42,557 nt of DNA, taken from positions 1-42,557 of the forward strand of contig JBCCGX010000001.1 of NCBI GenBank assembly GCA_039029035.1. The letters run 5' to 3'. This DNA comes from Acidobacteriota bacterium (GTDB taxonomy: Bacteria > Acidobacteriota > Thermoanaerobaculia > Multivoradales > J023). The translations under genes were made by a program, and so were the position numbers. Below, piece after piece: positions 1 through 8,956 of the stretch (position 1 is its first letter; each line of letters opens with the position of its first letter). The notes beneath the pieces were generated by a model. That model ran no database searches. It worked only from the letters and a program-made list of their open reading frames with translations, and was not told where the DNA came from.

Positions 1-66
1 TCCACCGTGAACTTGGTAGGCTTCCAGTGTCCCGTTGAGACTGATCGAATTCGGATGGAGTTGCGC

Positions 67-1944
67 ATGAGTGCCTACGATGACGTCTACCGGCAATCGC
101 TGAACGATCCCGAGACCTTCTGGGCCAAAGCGGCGACGGGCATCGATTGGCAGCGCCCCTTCGATCAGGTGCTTGATGACAGCCGACGACCCATCTACCG
201 CTGGTTTGCCGGTGGTCGCCTGAACACCTGCTACAACGCGCTCGATCGGCATATCGAGTCCGGCCGCGGCGAGCAGGCGGCTCTGATCTACGACAGCCCG
301 GTGACGCAGACGGTGCGCCGCTTGACCTACCGTCAGCTGCGCGACGAGGTGGCGCTATTCGCCGGGGTGCTGGCGGCACGCGGCGTCGACCGGGGCGACC
401 GAGTGCTGATCTACATGCCGATGGTGCCGGAGGCGGTGGTCGCCATGCTGGCTTGTGCCCGGCTCGGCGCGGTGCACTCAGTGGTCTTCGGCGGCTTTGC
501 CGCCAACGAGCTGGCGGTGCGGATCGACGACGCCCGGCCCAAGGTCGTGGTGTCGGCCTCCTGCGGCGTCGAGGGCCAGCGAGTGATTGCCTACAAGCCG
601 CTGCTCGATCGTGCGATCGAGCTGGCGAGCCATGCGCCCCGTGCTTGCTTGATCCTGCAGCGGTCGATGGCGATGGCCGAGCTGATCCCCGGGCGCGATG
701 AGGATTGGCGCGAGGCGATGGCGACCGCCCGACCGCACGATCCGGTGATCGTCGAGGCGACCGATCCCCTTTACATCCTCTACACCTCGGGCACGACCGG
801 CAAGCCGAAAGGCGTGGTACGCGATAACGGCGGGCATGCGGTGGCGTTGCACTGGTCGATGCGCCACATCTACGGGGTCGAGCCCGGTGAGGTCTATTGG
901 GCGGCGAGCGATATCGGTTGGGTCGTGGGGCATTCCTACATCGTCTACGCGCCTCTGCTGCACGGGAATATCACCGTGCTCTATGAGGGTAAGCCGGTGG
1001 GTACGCCGGACGCTGGGGCTTTCTGGCGCGTCGTCGCCGAGCACGGCGTGCGGGTCCTCTTTACGGCACCGACGGCTTTCCGGGTGATCAAGAAGGAAGA
1101 CCCGCGGGGCGAGAAGATGGCGGCCCACGATCTCAGCCACCTCCGTGCCCTCTTCCTGGCAGGGGAGCGGTGCGATCCCGAGACCCTGCAGTGGGCGAGG
1201 GCACGTCTCGGGGTTCCGGTGATCGATCATTGGTGGCAGACTGAGACCGGCTGGCCGATCTGCGCCAACTGCCTGGGGATCAGGGAAGAGCCGGTCAAAC
1301 CGGGCTCGGCGTCACGAGCGGTGCCGGGCTGGGACCTGGGCAGTCTCGACGCCGAAGGCCGCGAGGCGGCGCCGGCCGACACCGGCACCCTGGCAGTGCG
1401 GTTGCCCATGCCGCCCGGCTCTTTTCCGACGCTTTGGCAGGCCGAAGCGCAGTATGTCGACTCCTACCTGCGGCAGTTTCCCGGCTACTACAGCACCGGT
1501 GACGCGGGCTTCATCGACGACGACGGCTATGTCTTCGTCATGTCGCGCACTGACGACCTGATCAACGTCGCCGGTCATCGCCTGTCGACCGGCGCCATGG
1601 AAGAAGTCTTGGCCGCCCATCCCGATGTGGCAGAGTGTGCCGTCACCGGCGTTGCCGATGCGATCAAAGGGCAGACACCCCTCGGCTTCCTGGTGCTCAA
1701 AGACGGCGTCGAGCGCGATCCGTCCGAGATCGTCGGCGAGGTCATTCAGCAGGTGCGGCAGAAGATCGGCCCGGTCGCCGCCTTCAAACGGGCCGTCGTC
1801 GTCGAGCAGTTGCCCAAGACTCGCTCGGGCAAGATCTTGCGCGGCACCCTGCGCCGGATCGCCGACGGTGAGGACTATCCGATGCCGGCAACGATCGAGG
1901 ATCCGGACGTCCTCGGTGAGATCGAGGTTGTCTTGCAGGGCTAG
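67..1944 (+). CDS. prpE: Propionate--CoA ligase / acyl-CoA synthetase (ANL superfamily)
   Basis: ORF 7..1944. It is collinear with my recollection of E. coli PrpE: N-terminal FWA..IDW..PF, HSVVFGGFA, YTSGTTGKPKGV, DIGWVVGHSYIVYAPLL, and C-terminal LPKTRSGKILR. ATG at 67 (MSAYDDVY) is preferred over GTG at 7 because homologues start there. Confidence 0.85.
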   Translation: MSAYDDVYRQSLNDPETFWAKAATGIDWQRPFDQVLDDSRRPIYRWFAGGRLNTCYNALDRHIESGRGEQAALIYDSPVTQTVRRLTYRQLRDEVALFAGVLAARGVDRGDRVLIYMPMVPEAVVAMLACARLGAVHSVVFGGFAANELAVRIDDARPKVVVSASCGVEGQRVIAYKPLLDRAIELASHAPRACLILQRSMAMAELIPGRDEDWREAMATARPHDPVIVEATDPLYILYTSGTTGKPKGVVRDNGGHAVALHWSMRHIYGVEPGEVYWAASDIGWVVGHSYIVYAPLLHGNITVLYEGKPVGTPDAGAFWRVVAEHGVRVLFTAPTAFRVIKKEDPRGEKMAAHDLSHLRALFLAGERCDPETLQWARARLGVPVIDHWWQTETGWPICANCLGIREEPVKPGSASRAVPGWDLGSLDAEGREAAPADTGTLAVRLPMPPGSFPTLWQAEAQYVDSYLRQFPGYYSTGDAGFIDDDGYVFVMSRTDDLINVAGHRLSTGAMEEVLAAHPDVAECAVTGVADAIKGQTPLGFLVLKDGVERDPSEIVGEVIQQVRQKIGPVAAFKRAVVVEQLPKTRSGKILRGTLRRIADGEDYPMPATIEDPDVLGEIEVVLQG

Positions 1945-1983
1945 CAGTCTTGCAGGGCTAGCAGTCTTGCAGGGCTGGCAGTC
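1930..1983. repeat. 17-bp tandem repeat x3 (gtcttgcagggctagca) spanning the prpE stop codon
   Basis: Read directly. Copies lie at 1930-1946, 1947-1963 and 1964-1980 (third copy has a>g at 1977), with a partial fourth copy gtc. The prpE TAG (1942-1944) lies inside copy 1. Confidence 0.95.
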
Positions 1984-2007
1984 GAACCGCAGCGCGACCT
2001 CGTCCGA

Positions 2008-2031
2008 GGTCGGGGTCGGGGTCGGGGTCGG
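2008..2031. repeat. GGGGTC hexanucleotide microsatellite (about 4 units)
   Basis: Read directly: ggtcggggtcggggtcggggtcgg, in the convergent intergenic space between prpE and the gene at 2140-5064. Confidence 0.95.
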
Positions 2032-2139
2032 CCTGGCAGTTTGAGCAAGAGGCCGGCTTCACCTTGCTCGAGAACCCTTGCAGCCTTCAGGTGAACGGTC
2101 CCGCGCGCGAGTCTCGCTGGTCGGGCAGACTCCGCCTGG

Positions 2140-5064
2140 TCAAGGTTGCCAGGCGGACGTGTCGCCGCTTTCGAAGCCGTCGGCGAACAAAGTGCAATTG
2201 GCCAGGGTCGAAGGGCTCGGGTCGGCCGGATCACTGCAGGCATCGATCTCGTCGCGATCGAAGATGCCATCCTCGTCGCGATCGACGCCAAGGCGTGTCT
2301 CGCTGCCGGCGGGTACCAGGGTCAGGGTGACTTCTTCACCGGCGGCGACACTTTGCCGCAAGGCCTCCAGGGTTGTGGTCTCGGTCGCCCGGTCGGATTG
2401 CAGAAGGTCGGCGCCGAGGTAGGCGAAGCCGCGTTGCTGGCCGGCTACGATGCCCTTGACCGTCAGGCCGACTCGCCCCGAATCGGCCAGTGCTCGGAGC
2501 TCGGCGAACTCGGCGAGAGTCGCAGGCGAGTTGCGGTTGGCCGCCGTCACGGTCCATTGCGCGCCGACCGCGGCGTGGGTGTCGAGACTGGTCGGACCGG
2601 GCGGCTCGAAGAAGTCGAACGGGGAAAAGGCAGTCGAGCCAGGCGGCAGATCCGAGCCAGCGAAGGCCAGCATGAAGGCGACGATGTCGGAGACTTCCTG
2701 ATCGTTGGCCAGGAAGAAGGTCGGGTGCATGTGGAAACGAGTCAGCGTGTCGGTCACCCCGTCGTGCTCGTAACCAAATCCCTGGTGCGACTCCGCGAGG
2801 GTCGTATCGAAGCCGGTTTTCTCGTGCAGGTTTCGAAGCTGTGGGACCTTAATCGTGCTTTCGACGGTGCCGTCCATGATGAACAGGGCCAGGTGATTTT
2901 CGCCATCGGCACCCGGTGGAATGGGCTCGAACTGCGAGGTCTGAAGATTCAGCGTGTGGTCCGAGCCGGCACCGGTGGGGAGGGTGTGGCAGGACGAGCA
3001 GGCGAGGCCGAACAAGGCGGTGCTGTTGGGTGGACGAAAGAGCTCCAACCCTCGTCGAGGGTTGCCGTTGGGCATCGGGGCACCGACCGGTAGACCGCCT
3101 TGGTCGGCGTATCGGCCATCCGAGAACTGGCCGGGCAGCGGCAGGTCGGTCGGTAGCGCGTTGTCGCGCTGGCGGTAGGGATTGGGTGGCAGGTGGATCG
3201 ACGCCAGGAAATCCTCGAACTGCTGCATCTCCGCGGCGGTGAGCTGGCGATCGTCCCCTTGCAGGCCGGTGAAAGCGCCGTTGAACTCCTCTAGGCCGTC
3301 ACGGTCGCCGCGCCAATGATGCGGCTCCTTGCCGACGATGTCCTGCAGGGTTTGGGTCACCATCGGCCCCTTCATCGGATGGAAGTCGAGGAAATCGGTG
3401 TTAAGCCCCGGCACGTTCATCGCAAGGTTGTGCTGGCCCGGCTCACCGTTGATCGGTTTGATCTCGCCTCCCGGATCCCCGAGGTCCCAGGCCAGCCGAT
3501 CCATCCGGGCATCGATGTGGCAAGAGGCGCAGCTGACGTGGCCGAGGCCCGAGGTGAGGTGGGTATCGTAGAGGAAGCGGCGGCCCTGGCGAACTTCTGG
3601 CCTAGTGGGGTCATGGAACGGCAAGCGCTCGATCTCTTTGCGCGTGGCGAGATCGATCACCGACAGGCTGGCGGAGAACTTGTTGAGCACGTAGAGACGC
3701 CCACGAGGCTCGTCGAGAGCCAGGCCGGTCGGGCCTTCGCCGACTTCGATCCGTGCTGTGGCCCCCTGGGCTCCCGGTCGGCGCTGCCCCGCAGGGTCGA
3801 TGACGACGACATTGTTCGAGCCCATGCCTGCGATGTAGCCGGTCGTCCCAGTGCTGTTCCACAGGATAGCGCGCGGGTCACCGAGCGACCGATCGCGTAA
3901 CACCTGGCTGGCGCTGGCCGGATCGGCCTGGGCCTCGACCTGGGCGTCCGAATAGTCCAAATGATCGCCGTTTAGATCGGCGATCTCAGACGAGCCGGTC
4001 AAGAGATCGGTGCTCGCCAGCCGAACGCGGAGAAAGCGTGCCTTGAGATTGGGCTCGAACCGCACCTCGTTGGTCGCTTCGGTGCCGGCTAGGGTCACCG
4101 CGCCGCTCACCGGATTGACGGCGATCGCCATGGCGGCGTTCATCAAGCCGTCGATCCAATCGACGGCGAGGGTCGAGGTGTCGATCACCGCGATGTCATG
4201 GTCGAGCAGATTCCAGCCTTCCGGCCGCAGGCCGATCGGTGCCAGCGAGCCGCTGACGAACTCGGTCCAATCCGAGCCGTTGTCGTCGAGCCACTGCTCT
4301 GCCTGGCGGCGGACGATGAGCGAAACCTGAGGCGCCGGATTCTGTCCTTCCGGCAGGTATTCGGGGTCGATTGGCGGCTCGAAGGTGCTGCCGGCGTTGG
4401 GTGGCGGATTGCGCCCGCCATAAGGGCCGGCCGGATGATTGAGTGGCGTGACATCGTTGCCATCGATGACCAGCCGGCCCCTGAGAGCCGTCGTGCCATT
4501 ACCGGACTGGAAGATCGCCACGAGGACTTTCTGACCGTCGGCGCTGACCGCCAGGGCACGCGGATCTTCGGCCTGTAGCGGGATGAGAATTGGAACGGCT
4601 TCGAGTGACTCGGGATCGAAGACCATCACCGTATTGGCTTGTGCGCACGACACGAAGGCCCGTTGCGGGTTACCCGCAAATACGACGTCCGCCGGCTCGT
4701 CGAGGGTCTGGACGGTCGTCCTGACGTTCCGAGTTTCGAGATCGACGATGCTGATCGTGTCCGAGATGTGGTTGACGACCCAAGCCTCGTCGTTGCTCCG
4801 AGCGCGGACCGAGACCGGATCCATGCCGACGGGGATCGACGCTGCCAGCCGTGCCGATGGGGTGCTCAGATCGAAGATCTCGAGCCTGCCGTCGGCGGTG
4901 TTCACCGCCAGCAGCCTCTCGCCGTCCGGCGTCATCGTGAGGGGGTGGACATGGGGCGTCTCCCAGTTGATCCACGATTGGCCTGCCATTTGGCAGGGAA
5001 AAGCGAGCACAGCGAAGACGAAGAATCGAAGGATGGAGCCGGAACGCGCTGTCGATCGGTACAT
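2140..5064 (-). CDS. Secreted beta-propeller protein fused to a di-heme cytochrome c peroxidase/MauG-like domain, with a C-terminal Ca-binding-type DxDxDG stretch
   Basis: 974-aa ORF with an N-terminal signal-like peptide (ILRFFVFAVLAFPCQMAGQ). The N-terminal half has repetitive propeller-like strands. Two CxxCH heme motifs: CASCH (3517-3531) and CSSCH (2986-3000). HHWRGDR sits where CCPs carry FWDGR. The C-terminus contains DRDEDGIFDRDE. It is paralogous to 17439-20852. Confidence 0.7.
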   Translation of the reverse strand: MYRSTARSGSILRFFVFAVLAFPCQMAGQSWINWETPHVHPLTMTPDGERLLAVNTADGRLEIFDLSTPSARLAASIPVGMDPVSVRARSNDEAWVVNHISDTISIVDLETRNVRTTVQTLDEPADVVFAGNPQRAFVSCAQANTVMVFDPESLEAVPILIPLQAEDPRALAVSADGQKVLVAIFQSGNGTTALRGRLVIDGNDVTPLNHPAGPYGGRNPPPNAGSTFEPPIDPEYLPEGQNPAPQVSLIVRRQAEQWLDDNGSDWTEFVSGSLAPIGLRPEGWNLLDHDIAVIDTSTLAVDWIDGLMNAAMAIAVNPVSGAVTLAGTEATNEVRFEPNLKARFLRVRLASTDLLTGSSEIADLNGDHLDYSDAQVEAQADPASASQVLRDRSLGDPRAILWNSTGTTGYIAGMGSNNVVVIDPAGQRRPGAQGATARIEVGEGPTGLALDEPRGRLYVLNKFSASLSVIDLATRKEIERLPFHDPTRPEVRQGRRFLYDTHLTSGLGHVSCASCHIDARMDRLAWDLGDPGGEIKPINGEPGQHNLAMNVPGLNTDFLDFHPMKGPMVTQTLQDIVGKEPHHWRGDRDGLEEFNGAFTGLQGDDRQLTAAEMQQFEDFLASIHLPPNPYRQRDNALPTDLPLPGQFSDGRYADQGGLPVGAPMPNGNPRRGLELFRPPNSTALFGLACSSCHTLPTGAGSDHTLNLQTSQFEPIPPGADGENHLALFIMDGTVESTIKVPQLRNLHEKTGFDTTLAESHQGFGYEHDGVTDTLTRFHMHPTFFLANDQEVSDIVAFMLAFAGSDLPPGSTAFSPFDFFEPPGPTSLDTHAAVGAQWTVTAANRNSPATLAEFAELRALADSGRVGLTVKGIVAGQQRGFAYLGADLLQSDRATETTTLEALRQSVAAGEEVTLTLVPAGSETRLGVDRDEDGIFDRDEIDACSDPADPSPSTLANCTLFADGFESGDTSAWQP

Positions 5065-5137
5065 AGACGGTCCTTAGGGGGTCATTTCAGGCAGCGGAGA
5101 AGATTCGAGTCGCAGCGCGAGTTCGAGTGCTACCATA

Positions 5138-5186
5138 TGAGACAAGTTTGTTTCAGTTGATCTGGCTTTGTCAACTTTGTGTCTCA
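5138..5186. promoter_or_regulatory. Imperfect inverted repeat in the AT-richer divergent promoter region; candidate TetR operator
   Basis: tgagacaagtttg (5138-5150) faces caactttgtgtctca (5172-5186), whose reverse complement is tgagacacaaagttg. It lies between the divergent genes ending at 5064 and starting at 5206, in locally low G+C sequence. Confidence 0.35.
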
Positions 5187-5205
5187 ATGAGGCTAAACTC
5201 GTCCC

Positions 5206-5799
5206 ATGAAAGAGATCCGCCCTAGTTCCCGTGAAGCTCTGCTCGCTGCCGCCACCCGCATCCTGGCGGCCAACCCAGGGGCCTCGCTGGGCGATGTGGC
5301 GGCGAGAGCCGGTGTCGGTCGGGCGACGCTCTATCGGCAATTCCGATCGCGTGACGAGCTGATCCGTGAGCTGACCTTGCAAGCGATTCGAGCGACGGAC
5401 GAGGCGGTGGCACCGATTCAGCACCGCGCGGTCAGTGCGACGGAGATGTTGCACGAGGTGATCGAGGCAGTGGTGCCCCTGGGCGACCGCTACTACTTCC
5501 TTTCTCGCGAGTTCGAGGTGATGAAGGATCCGACGATCGCCCGCGAGCTCGAGCGTCAGCTGCGGGAGCTGAGCGAGCTCATCGAAGCGGTCAAGACGGA
5601 GCGTCACCTGGCACCGGAAGTGCCGACAGCCTGGATCGTCGCGACGCTCGATGCGCTGATCTATGCTGCCTGGTCGGCTCAGGACAATGGGCTCATCGCT
5701 TCGCACGATGCTGCGGCGCTGGTCCTGAGAACGCTTTTCGAAGGGCTTGGCAGTAGGGACACCACGGTCAAGAAGAAGCGCGCCGCCTTTCGCCGCTGA
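5206..5799 (+). CDS. TetR/AcrR family transcriptional regulator
   Basis: The N-terminal helix-turn-helix is typical of TetR: REALLAAATRILAANPGASLGDVAARAGVGRATLYRQFRSRDELI. Length is 197 aa. Confidence 0.85.
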   Translation: MKEIRPSSREALLAAATRILAANPGASLGDVAARAGVGRATLYRQFRSRDELIRELTLQAIRATDEAVAPIQHRAVSATEMLHEVIEAVVPLGDRYYFLSREFEVMKDPTIARELERQLRELSELIEAVKTERHLAPEVPTAWIVATLDALIYAAWSAQDNGLIASHDAAALVLRTLFEGLGSRDTTVKKKRAAFRR

Positions 5800-5997
5800 T
5801 CGACAGATGCGGCGAATTGATATACCATTCCCTCTTGACAGTCAGTCCTGCAGCCGAGTTTGATTTGCGCGAATTGGGCTGGTTACGGACCTTCCCGACC
5901 AACTCGAGGAAGATTCGACGCTGACGAGAGCCAAACGGATCTCGTGTGACGATGCCATGTCGATCGGGTCTGGCTGCTGTGGGAGGGTGGAGGTTCG

Positions 5998-7677
5998 ATG
6001 ATCGGAGCTTCGGTCAGACTCGAGTCCGCAGGCGGCTCTGGGGGTCTTGAGCCGGGTGACGAGAACAAGAGCCGGCGAGAGCTGTTGGAGGAGCTCCTTC
6101 AGGCGCGACGCAAGATCGTCGAGCTCGAAGTGCAGGCAGATTGTGGTGGCGCCGAGACCGCGCTCCAGGCCAAAGACGCCGAGCTGCAGGCAATGCTCGA
6201 CGCTTTGCCTGATCTGGTGATGCGGCTGGACCGGACCGGCCGCTTTCTCGACGTCAAGAGCCCGACGCACGAGATCCTGTCGCGTCCGGTCGAGCAAATC
6301 GTCGGCCGCAACATCTGTGACACCGGCCTACCGTTCGAAGTGGTCGCCATTCACCGGACGAGCATGGCGGAGGCACTGCGCACGCGCCAGGTTCAAACCT
6401 TCGAGTACGTTCTCGCAGTGTCGAAGGGCGTGCGTGATTTCGAAGGCCGAGCCGTGGCTTGCGGCCCCGACGAGGTGCTGTTGATTGTTCGCGACATCAC
6501 CGAAGCCAAGCAGGCACGAGCCGAGCACCGAGCCCTCGAAAGCGAGCTACACCAGGCACGTAAAATGGAGTCCATGGGTCGCCTGGCAGGCGGCGTGGCC
6601 CACAACCTGAACAACTTACTGGCGCCGATCTTCGGCTATGCCGAGATGTTGCTGGTGGATCCACCTTCGCTCGAACGCTCCCAGGACTACCTGCAAACGA
6701 TCCTGCAGGCCGCCGATGGTGCACGTGATCTGACCCGCCAACTGCTCGCTATCAGTCACAAGCAGGTACCCGAGATCCGCCGGATCGACCTGCGCCAGGT
6801 GGTCGCCGGCTTCGGCAAGATTCTGCGTCAGGCGATCCGTGAAGACATCGCCCTCGAGATTTGCCAGGGGGACCACCCGGTCATCGTCGAGGTGGATGTT
6901 TCGCAGGTCGAGCAGATTCTGCTCAACCTGGCGATCAACGCCCAGGACGCTATGCCGAACAGCGGCCGTCTGAGGATCGAGACTCGCCAGATCGAGGTGC
7001 CTGGCGAGCGGCCCGGCGAGAGCGCCAGCCGCTTCGGCGTCCTGCAAGTGAGCGATACCGGAACCGGCATCGACGAGGCCATTCGCGAGCAGATCTTCGA
7101 GCCCTTCTTCACCACCAAGGAGCCGGGTAAGGGCACCGGTCTGGGGTTGGCGACAGTCCAGGCCATCGTTCGGCAACACGGCGGCGATTTGCGGCTCCAC
7201 ACGGCGCCGGGGGAGGGCTCGAGTTTCGAGATTCTCTTGCCCTACGGCAAGGGACTGGCCGAGAGCCTGCCCGCCTCTCTGCAGCCGAGCTCGCAGCCGA
7301 TGCGAGGCGGTGACGAGACGGTTCTGGTGGCGGAGGACAACGAGATGGTCAACCGTCTGGTCTGCCGCATCCTGGGACGCTATGGCTACACCGTGCTCAC
7401 AGCCCAGAGTGGCGACGAATGCCTGCGCCTGGCCCAGAGCCATGAGGGACCGCTCCACCTGCTGCTCACCGACGTGGTCATGCCGCAGCTCAACGGTCGC
7501 GAGCTGCACGAGCAGTTGCAGTCATGGGTGCCGGACCTGCGGGTTCTCTATATGTCCGGCTATGCCGATGAGGTGATCCAGGATCACGGCGTCCTGCGGG
7601 GCGTCGCCCCGCTCATCCAGAAGCCGTTTTCGATCCCGGGGCTGCTACAGAAAGTGCGCGAGGCGCTCGTTCACTAA
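5998..7677 (+). CDS. Hybrid sensor histidine kinase (PAS - HisKA - HATPase_c - receiver)
   Basis: H-box GGVAHNLNNLLAPIFGYAEML. ATPase G-boxes DTGTGI and GKGTGLGLA. C-terminal receiver VLVAEDNEMV...LLLTDVVMPQLNG. The SD-like ggagg sits upstream of the ATG at 5998. Confidence 0.85.
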   Translation: MIGASVRLESAGGSGGLEPGDENKSRRELLEELLQARRKIVELEVQADCGGAETALQAKDAELQAMLDALPDLVMRLDRTGRFLDVKSPTHEILSRPVEQIVGRNICDTGLPFEVVAIHRTSMAEALRTRQVQTFEYVLAVSKGVRDFEGRAVACGPDEVLLIVRDITEAKQARAEHRALESELHQARKMESMGRLAGGVAHNLNNLLAPIFGYAEMLLVDPPSLERSQDYLQTILQAADGARDLTRQLLAISHKQVPEIRRIDLRQVVAGFGKILRQAIREDIALEICQGDHPVIVEVDVSQVEQILLNLAINAQDAMPNSGRLRIETRQIEVPGERPGESASRFGVLQVSDTGTGIDEAIREQIFEPFFTTKEPGKGTGLGLATVQAIVRQHGGDLRLHTAPGEGSSFEILLPYGKGLAESLPASLQPSSQPMRGGDETVLVAEDNEMVNRLVCRILGRYGYTVLTAQSGDECLRLAQSHEGPLHLLLTDVVMPQLNGRELHEQLQSWVPDLRVLYMSGYADEVIQDHGVLRGVAPLIQKPFSIPGLLQKVREALVH

Positions 7678-7683
7678 GGTGGC

Positions 7684-8883
7684 TCAAGCGCCGCCGGTAA
7701 GGCCCAGCTCCAGATCGGCCACCAGGTCGGCTGGCTCTTCGAGGCCGATCGACATGCGGATCAGACCGTCGGAGATATCCGCCCGCTGGCGCTCTTCCGA
7801 GGTCAGCGGTGCGTGGGTGGTGGATGCCGGGTGGACCGCCAGGGTCTCGACACCGCCCAGGCTGACCGCATGGGTGATGAGGCGAACAGACTCGAGCAGC
7901 CGGCGTCCGGCGTCGAAGCCGCCTCGCACCTCGAAGGACAGCATGCCGCCAAAGCCGTGCATCTGGCGCCGGGCGATCTCGTGCCCGGGGTGGTCCGGCA
8001 AGCCGGGGTAGTAGACGCGCGCCACCTGTGGGTGAGCCGCCAGAAACTCGGCCACCGTCTGCGCCGTGGCGTTTTGGCGGTCGACCCGTAGGCCGAGGGT
8101 CTTCATGCCGCGTTGCAGGAGCCAGGCATCGTGTGGGCTCGGGCAGCCGCCAAAGATCTTCAGGTAGGGCCACACACGGTCGACCCACTCCTGCCGGCCG
8201 ACGGCAGCGCCGGCGATGAGGTCGGAGTGGCCGCCGAGGTATTTGGTCGCCGAGTGGATCACCGCGTCGATCCCGAGCTCGATCGGCCGGGTGTTCCACG
8301 GTGAGGCCCAAGTGTTGTCGGCCAGGGTGAAGATACCGCGCTCCCGGGCCAGTCGAGCGACGGCCTCGAGGTCGGTGATCGCCAGAGTCGGGTTGGCCGG
8401 TGTCTCGACATAGATCAGCTTCGTTTCCGGTCTCAGGGCGCGCTCGAAAGCGCCGTCCTCGGACGGGTCGACGAACGTGGTCTCGACGCCAAGGGGCGGC
8501 AGAACGCGCTCGAAAAGCTCGGTCATGCCGGCATAGAGGCAGTTGGCGGCGACCACATGGTCGCCGCTCGCCACCATCGGCATCACCGCGGTGGCTCCGG
8601 CCGCCATGCCGGACGAGAAGGCGAGGGCGGCTTCGCCACCTTCGACGTCGGCCAGCGCCAGCTCGAGCGCTCGAGTCGTCGGATTGCCCCAGCGAGTGTA
8701 AAGATGGCTCGGCGCGGTGGCGGCGCAGAGCTCGGCACCCTGCTCGGCGCTATCGAATCGGAACGTCGAGCTCTGATAGATCGGCACGGTGATGGCCGCT
8801 GTCTCGTTGGCTTCGGAGCCGGCGTGGACCAGCCGCGTTGCGGCAGCCCAAGGGCCTGACTGAGGGTTGTCGCGATCGGTCAT
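7684..8883 (-). CDS. Cys/Met-metabolism PLP-dependent enzyme (cystathionine gamma-synthase / gamma-lyase / methionine gamma-lyase family)
   Basis: 399 aa. The PLP-lysine motif SATKYLGGHSDLIAGA is present and the overall layout is typical of the trans-sulfuration family. The exact activity cannot be assigned by eye. Confidence 0.8.
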   Translation of the reverse strand: MTDRDNPQSGPWAAATRLVHAGSEANETAAITVPIYQSSTFRFDSAEQGAELCAATAPSHLYTRWGNPTTRALELALADVEGGEAALAFSSGMAAGATAVMPMVASGDHVVAANCLYAGMTELFERVLPPLGVETTFVDPSEDGAFERALRPETKLIYVETPANPTLAITDLEAVARLARERGIFTLADNTWASPWNTRPIELGIDAVIHSATKYLGGHSDLIAGAAVGRQEWVDRVWPYLKIFGGCPSPHDAWLLQRGMKTLGLRVDRQNATAQTVAEFLAAHPQVARVYYPGLPDHPGHEIARRQMHGFGGMLSFEVRGGFDAGRRLLESVRLITHAVSLGGVETLAVHPASTTHAPLTSEERQRADISDGLIRMSIGLEEPADLVADLELGLTGGA

Positions 8884-8884
8884 A

Positions 8885-8920
8885 TCTCTTCCTTGCAGGT
8901 CGTCTCTTCCTTGCAGGTCC
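8885..8920. repeat. 18-bp tandem duplication (tctcttccttgcaggtcg x2) covering the ribosome-binding site of the gene at 7684-8883
   Basis: Read directly: copies at 8885-8902 and 8903-8920 (17/18 identical). On the minus strand each copy reads ..cctgcAAGGAAGAGA, and the proximal copy ends just before the ATG at 8883. Confidence 0.95.
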
Positions 8921-8956
8921 TTAGAGGGCGTCTCTATTGGATCCGTCGGCGCGGTT

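Noticed and set aside
2062-2142. A possible second UGA read-through: 26 in-frame codons follow the TGA stop of the 974-aa heme protein.
   Set aside because: The extension (PGGVCPTSETRARDRSPEGCKGSRAR) has no domain logic. No hairpin lies at SECIS distance. The paralogue gives no support.
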